Source: Callorhinchus milii
Taxonomy: Eukaryota
Assembly: GCF_018977255.1 (NCBI RefSeq)
Contig: NW_024704743.1
Coordinates: 15,502,001-15,566,000 of the forward strand
Reading direction: 5' to 3'
Length of the DNA: 64,000 bases
Position numbers and translations under genes: made by a program. The notes under the pieces were generated by a model that did not search any database, was not told the DNA's origin, and saw only the letters and a program-made list of their open reading frames with translations. This document shows, in pieces, positions 24,720 to 37,907 of the stretch; within the stretch, counting starts at the first letter, position 1, and each line of letters begins with the position of its first letter.

Positions 24720-27000
24720 ATTATGCCCCAGTCTCTTGTCTATTGTAAAGTGCATTGTGGCCATGACATTGTTGATATCTTTTGGGTTCTTCGACACTTT
24801 CTCTTTGAAGACAGACCCATTGACCTATCCTCTAATAGTGCCCCAGGATTAGAATATTTATGACCTTCAGACCTCTCACTGGCCTCTGAAGTAGACTTTC
24901 AAGCAGTAGATGTGCTATATCCTCCATTTTCATCTGATTCAGTCATTTTTGCTGGTACAGGCCCATAAAGGTTTCATTACACAATCAAAATGTGTGGAAA
25001 TACTGAAAGGCCAATAACATAATATAAAACCAGAAATTCTAGATAACGACCTGTTTTTGACTTCAGACTGAGTTTGTGAGGCCAGAAGTTCATTTAGTCT
25101 TAACCTATGAGATCATGTTGTCTTAAAATGTAAAATCGCTTTCAAGTGTGGTATATGCTAAAATCCAGGCCAAATTTGAGAGCTGTTTTTTTTAAGAATT
25201 GCGAGAAAACAGCTTCTAAATGGATTTAAGAATATTCCACAATTCTGCATGATCTTGAAGTTTAATAATGTAATAATCCTTCCATTTGATATAGCGCCTT
25301 ATCACGCCTTTGAGACGTCTCAAAGCGCTTCACAGAATATACTGTAAAGTTAATTGACTATATTTTGTGGGCGAAACACAGCAGCCAATTGCGCACAGCA
25401 CACAAACAGTCATGGATTGAGTGACTGAATTAGTTTTATTTATTTTTCAAGGAATTATTACTCCTGGAAAAGTGATCCATCAATCGACTAACAACCAGGT
25501 TCCTACTTACTGCTAGGTAAACAGAGGCCTGTGGAGTTAGGAAACTTGACCAACATTTCGCCCTGCCGGGAATTGAACCTCTCGCTTGCGAGGCGAGTGC
25601 TCTAACCACTAAGCTACAGGACTCCAGGAGAGGGAAGAAAGATGAAAGAGGAAATTGGTAAGGAAAATAAGAACTTAAAAAAAGATACGAGAAGAAGAGA
25701 AATCTTTAGGGGATTCAGTACTAGGGAAACCCAAGTTCCGGATCTGTTGCCCACTTCAGAAGTTTGAAGTCTGAGGCTTTTGACCATAAGCTTTTCTGTC
25801 TTAATGAACATTTTAGTAGTGTTGCTCTCACCATTTCTAGCTTTCTTCTTGATCTTAAACCTATATGGACCTCCGGATCAAGCTAGTTTTCCAGCTTAGT
25901 GAGCTTGTTTTCAGGAGCCGAATTACGTCCTGTTCTTGCTCCCGGGATATTGTGGGGGAATGGGAAGTGGTGTGCTCTCTGTCTGAGGCTCACTATCCTC
26001 CTGGGCAGTACCTTCTTGACAGGGAAAGTGCCTTCTGGGTCTATGAAACATGCCCTTCTGGTTTTCTGCACCATTCTTTTGTAATTTTCCAATCAGCATG
26101 TCTGGATAGCAGCCCGTCTGGCGTTTATAGGGGTCAGGAGGCTCATTTCCTGCTTGTTAAGAGGCTGAACTGTGAATATCATGACTGAACTCTGATTTGG
26201 AAGCTTAGTTTCCTGCTGGTTGAAAATCACGCTATTGCTGTTTAGAAAAGACCCCGTTTTTGTGTGGGCGGGAGTTTGGACTACTTGCATGAAAAATAAC
26301 TGCACAACACCATAAATGATTGACGCTCGGAGAATATCTTTGCGTTGCATAACTTGCCATCCTCTCATCATTTGCCTGAAGTTCTTTTTGTGTCACTGTT
26401 GGCATCAGTCACATTTTTTTTTAAATTGCTCCAGGAAAAATAGAAACCCTTCTTCTTCAAGCAGTAACCACGTCTGCTTTTGGCCTGTGGGCTTAAAATG
26501 TTTGTGTCTGACCTCAAATAATTAAGGAAACTTTACTCCTGCCTTCAATATCTGCATCAAATACAGCCAGGCCTTTACTGTGCAAATGGTCATGACTGGT
26601 GCCTCCCAGTAGACCAAAGCTTTGGATTGTGTGAGTCCTGCCAAAACTTTTAAGGGTGGTTTAAAAAGAGAAGTCTCCAGTGGAGTGAAAAGATGATAAA
26701 ACTCAGGATGTCTGAAACAGCAATGCGTTTTGTGATCAAGACCAAGAAGCAGGCCAAATCATCCCACCGGTCTTTCTCTTACTGTTCCCAGGAGGGTAAA
26801 CCTGTCAAGAAACATTGGGGAAGGGATACAATGGGTTTGATGCATTGGTGGAAATCATCTTCCTTGGGATTTAAGTTTGCCCTGACTTGATCTTTTCTTT
26901 AGCTTTGAAGATTGCATTGGATAAGCAGATGCAGAAATCCAAGCTGGTTAAAGAAGGAGCTTATTCTTGAACTCTGTAAAGCTCCTTCTCCCAATACTGG
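24720..27000 (-). mobile_element. Heavily decayed DIRS1-like (tyrosine-recombinase) retrotransposon relic, interrupted by a SINE
   Basis: Collinear minus-strand motif remnants across frameshifts: TSLD (26937-26948), WDDL (about 26755-26766), VTDAN (26398-26412), VNHL..CAV, FNQQET (26207-26224), LLSRHADW (26089-26112), VRATLL..S.R...KWA, AWILAYTT (25147-25170), TIRG (24828-24839). By-eye match only. Confidence 0.55.
25263..25626 (-). mobile_element. tRNA-headed SINE, long subfamily
   Basis: Contains the extra internal segment gcctctgtttacctagcagtaagtaggaacc...gttgttagtcgattg that the short copies lack. Confidence 0.88.
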
Positions 27001-27084
27001 CCTTTGCGGGTGGTTATCAGAACATGGACCAGCTGGCCATGTGAAATGGCTCTTTGGCCGAAATCCACTCCACAAGTTTTAAAT

Positions 27085-27255
27085 TCAAATGACTCAACAC
27101 ACGTGTTTTGAAAAGGATACAGAGAGTATGGGACATGACATAGGTTACGGGGAAAAAGCAGGTAAATAAGACTAAAGGGATTGCTCATTAAAAGAGCCAG
27201 CACAGACATGATGGAGTGAATGGCCTTCTCCTATGATGTAAATTTCTATAGTTCT
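27085..27255 (+). mobile_element. CR1-clade 3' tail remnant
   Basis: agagccagcacagacatgatggagtgaatggccttctcctatgatgtaaatttctatagttct. Confidence 0.7.
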
Positions 27256-27742
27256 GTGGGGCTTTTACAATAAAAAGAGTCCAGGTTAATGGAATGGCAG
27301 CCCTGTCATCTTTGTTTGAGAATGTGGCGAGCCCCTCCAACTCCCAGTTGTAACGGGGCTGTCAATCTAGGTACAGTACTGGGGATCTCTGGATTGTCAA
27401 AGGTGTTGTCTTTCAGATGAGACATTAAAGCTATTATCCCAGGATGTCTGCCGATTCTTACCAGGCTTTGCAGATCCCATGACACTGTTTAAACAGAGAA
27501 AAGCTTCTCTCCAGCAATCCTCCAGATTAATTGGTCATTCACCTCATGTCTGTCATGCTGGTAAAAATGGCTCCCACGTTTGCCTACTAAACATTGTTGT
27601 TGTTATTCTTGTGTTCCCTGCTTTGGAAATGTTTGAGTCAAAATTCCAAGTTACACCTGTAGACAGCCATGTCTAAAGTATTCTGAAATCTCATTCATGG
27701 CTCACAAGGGACATGTGGTGGACTAACCCACATTACTGATAT

Positions 27743-28150
27743 CAGCCTGGTTCAGTTGGTAAACCTCTTGCTAGGACACTGGGAACCCCACATTGAGACT
27801 TTGAACTCCGGGCAACAGTGTGTGATGGGGTGTGCTGCATTGTTGGAGGTGCCATCCTTCAGATGAGATGTTAAATTGAGGTCCTGTCTGCCTGTTCAGA
27901 TGCAAATTGGTGATCCCAGGAGACTCTTTGAAAGAGAAAGGATTTTCTCCTGGTGTCCTGGCCAATAATTCTTCAGACAAAACTGATTACTCATTCTGTG
28001 GCTGTTTGTGGGATATGGCCGTATGCAAATTGGCTGCTGAGCTCTCCTACAAAATACACTACACTACACTTTGCAGTAATTCCTGTGAAGTGCTTTGAGA
28101 CTTTCCGTTGATGTGAAAGGCAATATGTCAAATGCAAGGATTATTTATTT
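27743..28150 (+). mobile_element. Deu-domain SINE
   Basis: cagcctggttcagttggta head; gatgagatgttaaattgaggtcctgtctgcc...ttctcctggtgtcctggccaata core; shared tail. Confidence 0.8.
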
Positions 28151-29214
28151 TTAAACACATAAACTAGATATATACAACTTAATAAAGTCATTCTCACTTT
28201 AAGCTGTTGTTCAGTGCGTATCATTCTTCTTGAAATAGAGAGTCAGTTGTACTAGATGCAAACCAAACAAAGCATTCAGCAAAAACTAAACTGTAATGTC
28301 AGTAAGCATATCTGTGTGTAAGTGTGTAAACCATATTGCAGACTTTACTGAAAAACTGGGCAATTATCCTCTGTTGCTGATCTCCCTTCTTATTCCGGCT
28401 GGTCTGCTGCACTCCGGAAGGCTGCTGAGGTATATTATAATGGACAGACTGATGATACGATGCTTGTATTTCCTTCTCAGTGCAGTTGTGCACAGCAACG
28501 TGACTGACTCACAAGATACCCTGTTGAGAACTTGACCCGTCCCAGTGGTGTAACAATTGAGGGAATTTGTTGGTCCAGCAAAAAATTAGATATTCCCTGA
28601 CACATCACCCAGATTGGGTGGATATTGCAAAAACACTGGCTTCTCTGTGGTAAAAGAACAGGAACAATAGTGCTGGCAGGTGTTGGATTACTCTATCTAC
28701 CATCTCAATGACGTTCCTCACAGATTCTTCTGTCCTTGGCTATGTCAGGAACGCATTTAGGGAACCAGTGTGAACAGGAAATGTGGCTTGAGCCATGACA
28801 TTACATAAATAGCCTTGAATTCAGAGAATTTGAGCTGGCTCCATTATTTTCATACTTCATTCACTGAAGAATTGACTAACATTGAAATGGAATACTTATG
28901 ACTGTAACTTATTTTATCAGACTGAGATGGAAATGACCACCAGTGTCTTTGGAGGCCCAGCATCTGCTAGAAATACACGGTACGGCAGGAAATCTCCGAG
29001 CAGGAGACCTATGTGTGGTCTTTCTAGATGGACATAGTGAATCTGAAGCCTGAAATTCCTCATGGGTTTAGCCTTAAGATTAGTCACTTGAAATTTCAAG
29101 TTATACCAAACTTTAGAAAATTCCTACATTTAGTCTTAAATTGGGAAAAAAATTTTGTGCAGTTTTTGTCTTCCGAACAGACTCAATTTAAGAACTTTCT
29201 AACATTCTGCTTAG

Positions 29215-29381
29215 TGTTAAATCCACGACTGTTTGTGGGACACTGCTGAGTGCAATTGGCTGTTGCATTTCTCCCACAAAATACCCACTCACTATACTTT
29301 ACAATATATATTCTGGGAAGCGTTTTGAGATGTCTCAACAATGTGGTAAGGCGCTATATTAAATGCAAGGATTATTATTAC
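29215..29381 (+). mobile_element. 5'-truncated SINE (3' half)
   Basis: aatccacgactgtttgtgggacactgc...aaatgcaaggattattatta. Confidence 0.82.
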
Positions 29382-31479
29382 TATATACAATTTAAGACCA
29401 ATTTCAATGCTAAGAACCTGAGAACTTCTGGTTTGTTTCAGGAAGTTGCCTTGTAGAGACTGCCTTTTTCAATGGGTTCATTTGCACAGTTTTTTAGTAT
29501 GACTTCTGGTGTAATGTGTTCAAATGCGCTGGGGGAGGGTTTAGTCAGCAGTTTTGTTTGATATCTTGCGACATGCAAAGATTACAGTTCCACTTAGAAA
29601 CTAACAGTATTGAGGAGTGTCCTTTTAGTATTTAGATTCTTAAAAAAGGCTTTTTATAAAAATTAGCCAACTTTCAGACCTTTAACATCAGCCTCAGATT
29701 TTGAATATGTTTTTTAGGAACAAATGTATTCATCACTGGTTTCCTATGTTATGCTTTTCATGAAAAGTGCTATTTGGGTGTCTGTAGTATTGTGCAAAAT
29801 GTCCTACAAATCTCCTCTCCCCCAATCTGGTGCTCGCTCCCTCCATCCCCAGTCTTGTGTTCATTGAATACATCAGAAATAATTCAGAAAATCATTTTCC
29901 AAGTTGCTCTGATTTACAAGTTGTTCCTACCTCAGGATCAGGAAAGAAAAATTCAGAAAAAAGATACCATGATTCTGTAATTCCTACAGTGGTCTTATGC
30001 TGCCTGGATAAGGTTTGTTTAGATGAAAGTTTAAAGAAACCAAGTATTTGTAATTGACAGAGAATTGTTCAACTGTTGGATTATATTAAACTAGAATGAA
30101 ATATTGGGTACACGTACTAAAATTTGCGCAGAGGCTACATTAACATGATCCTCTTTCAAATTGTATGTTATAGAAAATTATCATTTAGCCACGAAACAAA
30201 AATAACAATAATAAAATTGAAGATTACCACAGTGCAGAACGACAGTGTCACCCACACTAGTTGGTTTGATTGAAGTTGCTTTAATTTAATGATTATTTTA
30301 AAACTTTTTGATCCGATTATTTTAAGCCAACTCTAATCTTAAATTTTTACTTAATGTTTGTTTAAAGCCGCGAGACTTGATCTTTTCAGCTAAAGATTGT
30401 TTCCCCCATTTTTATAAAATCTCACTTTCCTACTGAAATATTGTCTTGAAGCAGAAAACTCAGCTCATCATCCTCTTTCACTTTCTTTTAAAATCATGAA
30501 TTAAGAAGTTTGCATGTAGATAATGTTAAATCCCTTTTTTCCTCTATTGAAAATATTCTACATTAAATCCTGTTTATATAGATACGACCAAATAGATTCT
30601 TTAAACTGCAGCTAATATCCCCAAATGCACATGCTGCATCATTCCCTTCCAATTCACTGCTTACTTTGGCTGTTGTAAGTTTCAAAAGTTTTGCACAAAC
30701 GAATGAAAGTGCTGTTGAGAATGTGTTTGATCATTGAGCTCATTCGCATTTCCCTATATTTCCGTTTTAAAATTTGCCAATGAATAGGCTCTTGATAATA
30801 CTAACCTAAAAGCACCAGAATGCTTATTTTTGCATCCAAACTCCAAGCATAAAAGGCATTTAGAGCATCAATTGTTCATTTAATTAGTAATTGGACAGTG
30901 CAGGATGGATAAGGCATTGAGAATACGCACGCCATTATTGGGAGAAACGCACTGAAATACCAGAAATAGAATGTAAGCTCTGATCAGGGAGGCTGTGAGC
31001 ACAATTACCTTTTTTCAAATCCTTCTGTGACACTGCAGGGGGAAAAAGGACTTTGAAACTTGAAAGGCTAGGGCTTGCTTTCAACCTCAAAAGCAAGGAG
31101 GAAAGGGCTCTGAAATTTGCTCAGTACTCCCAATTCACCATTAGCCTGTTTCTTCCTTTAGCCTCAAGGCATTCTCCGCTATTTGAAAAGACGTTAAGAA
31201 ATTCAATCACAATAGAAGGCCCAGTTTTGAACATGTTTCAGTTGGCGCATTGAGGTTTGGTCTTCAGGCTTTGTGTGGGGTGAATTGAACTGAGCAACCA
31301 TTGGAAAGAAAAAAAAGGTGAATGAGTAGCCTGTGTGCAGACACAAATCCTGGCAGGGCAAAGACTACTACTCTTCCTTGATCTTTACATATGCAGTGTA
31401 TTGGAGCCTGCTTGTGGCAGAGTGCGAAGCATAGCCCATGCTAAAGTCAATACAGAGCTCTTGGTTTACAGGGACTCTT

Positions 31480-32050
31480 GTTGAGTTTGTGTTGTAATTG
31501 AAGCTGCTGTTGACCCTGCTTGGGGACCATTTGTAAAACCATTTATTCTGCATAAACTGAAATAATAAACCCTCTTTCTGTTGGGCCGATTGTGATGGTG
31601 TGACATTAGTTTGATTTAATGATTAGCCGCCTGACCCCTGAGCCCAGAGAGCTGCTTAAATAGAGAATAAGTTCACTCGGAGGAACACAGGCGGAATACT
31701 AATGAGCTGGTTAAACTTCGCATGGCACCAATCAGTTTTTTTGAATTCCTCTAATGGGAAAGGCTTTGTATGTGAGAGAGATTACAGAAGAATGTCCTCA
31801 TGGCCGGATATTTTCAGTCGAGAATGTGACTTGCTCAGAGTGGGCTGCAAGTTGTTTTTGGACCAAGTTGTAAGTAATGTTCAAGCTTCTGCTGCGGCTT
31901 TGTTGCCCAGCTGCTGTGTTCGTGTGCTGGGCTGCTGCGAAATAATACTGATCTTAAATCCTAAAAAAAATTCTAATGAAATGTGAAAGCATCTGGGAGG
32001 AGATTAGCAGCAAAAACCCTTAGAAACGTAAGTTTGTACTTCAAGTTTGG
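31480..32050. promoter_or_regulatory. Candidate GLI3 intronic enhancer / conserved non-coding element
   Basis: Lies within the longest repeat-free stretch; TGACA (31601) next to TGATTTAAT (31612), CTAATG cores and CTTTG(T/A) motifs. Conservation not tested. Confidence 0.45.
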
Positions 32051-33989
32051 AGTTTTCTTACCAATGAATGCTGAAGCTTTTGGATTGCTATTGTGTGTGT
32101 ATATATATATATGAATATGATATATATATATATCTACTTCAACGTATTGCTAGGTCATGGTACTTTTACTGTGTTACTTAACAACATTAAGCAATTTCCA
32201 TCTTGGTTTCATTTTTAAAAAAAGTGTTATTACCTCTCCTCCTACAGTTAGTTGGCTGTTTATGTGCTCCTGAGTAATAACAGTTGCGCTCTTTGGCAGT
32301 TAAACGTTTTGGCAGATGCTGCTGGAAGAATGAGGTTGTTTGCTTACATTTCTGCAATAGAATCACACTTGTTGCCATGGCATATGGTGTGTTTCTGTCA
32401 TTATTTTGCCTAGTGCAGCCTGCCCATGTTTATTTCTAAATGTGCTGAATAATTTGGCTCCATCAGAACAAGATTGGAGAGGGAAGTGGATGATGTTTTG
32501 GGACTGTGTTAAGTGTTAAATGGCGACTCTTTCAAGCCTTCCTTTTTTGTCATACAAGTTTTGATATTGTCCCATGAAAGATTAATCAACAGCCACAATT
32601 TGGTGCAAAATAAATTTACAGAGTGGCATTTAGGTAGGGCATTTGGGTTTAATGTGTGGGTTCTTTTGTTTTTGGGTGGTGGGGAAGAATGGTTCGACAA
32701 GAACTGTTCAGGAAGGGAAAGTAAGTGGAGTGGGGGTTGGAGAGATTAAAACATACAATATTTTATGTTTTATCCACCTGCATGCACAGGTTTTGCTTAC
32801 TTGAAAATAGCCAGACTTATGTGAAGCATTTAAAAATAAATTTGGGTTCCTACCAGACTCTCCGTTTTAATATTTTGGTAACATTTTAACCTGGATTGGT
32901 TTCATGTGTGCTACACTCACAGAATACTACCATGTGTGTGAAATTTGATGCAGTAAAAGTACAAATAGCAGTACACATCTCAATCTGGGTTGGTTCATTT
33001 GGAGTGTGTTTTGTTCAAATCGATGTTCGAGTTTATAATGATGAAAGCGTTTAAAATCTGGGATTAATTTAAAGCTCTCAAATTCGAGTGGGTTCCACTG
33101 TGTGGTTCCTTTCATCAATACAAATGAATAACGAAACCCCCTGAAATGCATAAAATAGCCAAAATCATTGTCAATGCAGGTTTGGCTAATGCTGAGCAGT
33201 GACTTTGCTGAACAAAATTTCTTGCATTCAAGTTACACTTATTTATGCAATCGAAACATTCCTTAAAAATAATTTAAATAATAAATGGGAAAAAATAGTG
33301 ATTATTTCTTCAAAGGCAGAAGTTGTTGGAACAACCAAATTAAATATTGTGGCCGATAACATTAAAGTGATTGTTTCCATTTGATTTGAAAGTGTAAAAC
33401 TCCTATCCGTCTGTTGATGCAGGAGATGAAATGGAGCAATTAAAGATTCACCTGAGAGGTTGGATGGTGCCTATTTTTAATCCCTGACTGCTTAAAAAAT
33501 AGCTTTCAGTGATATTATACAGCATGTCCTTTGGCACAAATGTTATCAGCTATATAGCAAGCAAGTGATATAACAAGTAATAGCAGCAGACTCAATGCTG
33601 CATATCACTTTGGTACTTTCATAATGTGAGCTTATCCTTTTATTCTTGCTAATTTGAAGAATTTTAGACCCATCGTTCCTTTTCCCCCCAGGAAAAACAT
33701 GAGGGCAGTATTGCTGTTCACATAATTTTGTAATGGGACGATATCACATCAGGATCCAGTAGTTCTAATTGCTGGTGTTGAGAAACTTAATTCTTGTTAG
33801 AGATTGAACTACCTGCAATCATGAATAGTTCACACTTCAAAAGCAGCGAGAAACCGAGTGCTATTAATATTGAAAATTCCACAAGTACAATTGGAGGATG
33901 TGGACTTTGAAGTGAAAGTGTCTGAACAGCTATTTTGAAACCTTGCTTGTTTTGGACGAGGCTCTCTACAAGTCCTGGTGGCATCCATA

Positions 33990-34330
33990 ATCATCAACAT
34001 CAATTTCTTGCATTTATTTAGCGCCCTTCACGTAGGATAATGTCTCCAAGAATGATTCACAAAAGGGATTGATGACTGTAGGCATGGTTGAAGAGGTAGA
34101 TTTTTGGACTGTATTTGGAGACGAATAGAGAGGGGTTAGCACAACTCAATACAATTTACATTTATATAGTGCCTTTCATGTCTGAAAGATGTCTCAGAGG
34201 GATAGAGGGTGGGTATACCAGTGGTTAGGGGTGTAATGGCTGAAGGCTGGGCCACCAACGACTCTGCGCAGAGTGGATGCGGGACACAGAATAAGGCCTG
34301 GTTAGCTGAGCTGAAGAGGCGAGCAGAAAA
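33990..34330 (-). mobile_element. Diverged L2 3' fragments
   Basis: Two reverse-complement L2-like tails (about 34000-34035 and 34140-34190) with purine-rich L2 body. Confidence 0.5.
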
Positions 34331-35161
34331 GTGGGAAAGGAGAATATACAGAAATAGTGAGGTGCTGGGGTGTTTATGAAGCGGTACCCTGACTGTCTGG
34401 AAGGGAGGTCGGTCCCTTTCTCTCCTCAAATAACGGTGCCGAGTGTGGAGCTACATGAATGATGAAGTCAACATTGGCTGGAACACTCAGATGGTCTCTC
34501 AGGACCTTGCTGTGTGTCAGTGGTCCAGGTGAGAAACCACTGAGGGCAGTGATACAACAGTCACGTTGGGGGCCGGTGCCTACTGACCTTTGTGCACAGA
34601 AACTCAGGTTATTTTTAAACTTTAATGTTATTTTCTGATTTTTTTATGCCATTCAGTCTTCTACATTTGCAGTTCTTTTAAAGGACATTGTTAATCCACC
34701 AAATCGTTTGCCAAAAATAACTAAGTGACTGTAATGATCCCCAATACCAGCAACGGCGTGATGGGCTGAATGAATTCTGTGCTCTAAACTTTTTCTGATT
34801 ATTTGACAGTATACCTTGAATCTCTAAACCATCCTGAGTGTTGCCTTTCCTTTTTTTTGGGTGGGGGGAGAGGGAAAGTGATATGCATGATTTACTTTTC
34901 TCTATATATTCCCTCATTGGGTCCCTTCTCCTTCTCATTACTCAGGCTAAGTACCTTCAGTATCTGATAAAATGGGCAGCCTATTTCCAGGCTGAAAGGC
35001 ATGAGAGAAGCTGAGCAGAAATGGTCTCTGTCCAGAGTTCTCTCCTTTCTCTGATTACTATGGACGTTGAGTTAGATATCAGCCGGCCTGGATTTCCTTG
35101 TCCTGAGTGAGATCATTAAAATGAGCTTGTCATCTTCGGAAGCACATAGGAAGGACATCTT

Positions 35162-35407
35162 GTGGAGTCCTGTAGCTCAGTGGTTAGAACATTTGCCTAA
35201 AATAACATTAAAAATAAATAAATAAATTGGTCACTCAATCCACGACTGTTTTATGGGACACTGCTGTGCGCAATTGGCTGTCGCGTTTTACCCACAAAAT
35301 ATACAGTCAATTAATTTTACAGTACATTCTGTGAAGCACTTTGAGATGTCTTGGAAGACATTAAAAGATGCTATATTAAATGCAAGGATTATTATTATTG
35401 TTATTAT
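35162..35407 (+). mobile_element. tRNA-headed SINE with a large internal deletion
   Basis: gtggagtcctgtagctcagtggttagaac is joined directly to the A-rich linker and 3' half; the B box is missing. Confidence 0.85.
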
Positions 35408-36098
35408 AAGCAGGGGAGAGAGGAGATTCTGTGCTGTGTTTGCTGTTAAGTATCCTTGGATGCTCTGGGTGTTTGGCAATTGAAAACGGCTTGTCTAATG
35501 TAGACTCACAACAGGTAATTGCTTGCTGTGTTTGGAACCATCCCAAGGTAGCATTGCTGAGGTTAGGAACTTCACGAACTAGGGGAAGGAATCAAACCTG
35601 TGACACACCTGTTGTTGCTCCAACTTGCCTTGCTACCTCTGCCAAGAACGTTATGCTTTCACTTTGTTTTAGACTTTGTAGTCTAAAGGAATCCTTTGTA
35701 TAAATCCTCTACACTGCATCACCTTCTTCCAAAATTGTGTTGTTGAGAAGATCACAGGCACGATGCAACCAAAAGTGCGTCAGAAATGTACTTCCTTCAA
35801 GGCTAAAGAGACAATGTCACTTCAAACGTCTTTGATTGAAATTGCAGAAACATCATGTTAATAGTTTATCTCACTGTGAGACATTTTGTTTCCTAAAATG
35901 GGATAGTTTGGGTGATATTGTACTCCAGATGGCTTTTCCTGGAGTTTTGGGTTTGAGTGTTGCCTCAATTTGATTTTTTAGAGGACCTGCAGCAAATTTG
36001 CACTGCCATATGGATTCCTTTAGAAATTGCTTTGCTCCTGTGATTGCAATCGCCTGCCTCTATCCAACTTGTCTTGAAATTCAGCTCATTGTAATACT

Positions 36099-36832
36099 GC
36101 CCCAGAGGATAGAGTTCAAAATCCTCATCCCTGCCTTGAAAGCCCTCCCTGGACTTGCTCCTTCCTACCTCTGTGACCTGCTAACTCCACATAGACCTGT
36201 TCACTCCCTCTGCTCAGCGGGCTCTGGCCTGCTTCAAAACCCCCGCTTGGCCAGCCTGTGGAGTCCTGTAGCTCAGTGGTTAGAGCACTCGCTTTGCAAG
36301 TGAGAGACCTGAGTTCAATTCCAGGCAGGGCGAAACCTTGGGCAAGTTTCCTTACTCCACACGCCTAATAATAATCCCTCCAAAAAACAAAAACAATAAT
36401 AAATTGGTCATTTTCAATCCATGACTGTTTGTGGGACATTGCTGTGCGCAATTGGCTGCCGCATTCGCCCACAAATATACAGTCAATTTACTTTACAGTG
36501 TGTTCTGTGAAGTGCTTTGGAACGTCCTCCCGACGTGAAAAGCGCTATATCAAATGCAAGGATTATTATTATTATCATTGGTGGTCGGGCCTTCAGCTTT
36601 TCTGCCACCACCCTCTGTAACTCCATCCCACAGTCCCTTCGCCTCCCTCGCCTCCTTCAAGGTCCTTCTCAAGACTCTCGTCTTCGACCATGCATTCGGT
36701 CACCCTTCTACACTTATCCCCACTATCCTCCACCTCTCCTGATCCCAACTCCAAGCTCGGGTCTAAACCCCTGACTGTGCCTTGCGACATCCTCCTGATG
36801 CATGAGCGCTATACAAGTTTAATTTATTGTTG
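36099..36832 (+). mobile_element. L2 3' fragment, split by a SINE and flanked by a 96-bp direct duplication
   Basis: PQRIEFKILIPALKALPGLAPSYL... before the SINE and IGGRAFSFSATTLCNSIP after it; tail ending ttattgttg. Confidence 0.88.
36258..36575 (+). mobile_element. tRNA-headed SINE, short subfamily, full length, inside L2
   Basis: Complete head, body and (ATT)n tail. Confidence 0.94.
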
Positions 36833-37199
36833 CTGCCACATGAATTCCTTTAGAAATTGTTTTGCTCCTGTAATTGGAATCGGCAGCCTCTGTCCAACTT
36901 GTCTTCAGATTCAGTTCAGTGTAATGCTACTTTGTTAGTAACTTTACAGATGTTCGCTGTATTGCAACATAAGCAAGCAAACTGAAGGAGAACAATGTAT
37001 TCTGTTCACGTATAAATGCAGGAATACGGCAAGTTGTGATCCTGTGTATCTAGGTCTGACTTCTAGCAATCACATAAAATCCATTGTTTGGACTGGAAGA
37101 GGAGACAAACTTACCCATCCGTTACAAACTTGCATTCCTCCCATATCCCCCCCACCCATGGTGACATAGGAGGTGCTGGACTGCTAAGACCCTTATTAT

Positions 37200-37440
37200 T
37201 TCCTTCACTTACCCATTTGTTTTTCTTTACTTCTCCTCCCAGCCTCTCATCTCTATTTTCTGGTTTACCATCATTCTTAATTCTTTTTCCTTTTCTTTCC
37301 TTTCTTCCTCATCCCTTTGAGTTTTCCAACTCTCCTCCTCCTCTCGTTTCTCCTCTTGCAGCCCCATCTCTCGTGTCCTTTGGATCTTTTTTCTTACATT
37401 CCTTGTACTCTCCTTTGCGTCTTTTACCTGCTTTTTCATG
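37200..37440. repeat. Pyrimidine-rich (CT) low-complexity tract
   Basis: Strong C/T bias; it explains the spurious ORFs 37088-37444 and 37227-37532. Confidence 0.8.
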
Positions 37441-37907
37441 CTGAGGCCATTTCTCCAGCCACTGGCGTTTGAAAATGAGAGCTGTGTGGAATCGAAGTGT
37501 GGTGGAAATGTTGCATGTTCAGTCAGAAACAAATGTCCTCCTTTGTCAGCCAGCAGCGCTAATGTCCTCCATAATCAGCCAGTAGTGCATATGTTCTCTG
37601 TATTGCAATCCATTTAGTCAGTACAGTAAATGTAATATGCATTCACACAGTAGTGCAAATATACTCAATATTGAGCCAGTAGTGCTCCTTAACACATTAT
37701 GCTTATGAGTGACAATTCTGTCGTGGCACTCCTGATCACTAATAGCAATGCCAAAACTTTGAAATTTCATGTCAATCAAATGCTTATTTCATGTTTAGTG
37801 AAAGTAAGATATTTAGACTGAATATTTCAATTTGCACGACTATAAGGGAGCATAAGGACACCTTCCAGTTCAACACCACTGTAGTTGAAGTTAGCAATTA
37901 AACCATT

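Noticed and set aside
26952..26989. 11-bp perfect inverted repeat (agaaggagctt/aagctccttct)
   Set aside because: About one such stem is expected by chance in 64 kb, and there is no other support.
37088..37532. Overlapping 118-aa and 101-aa ORFs
   Set aside because: Products of CT-rich low complexity.
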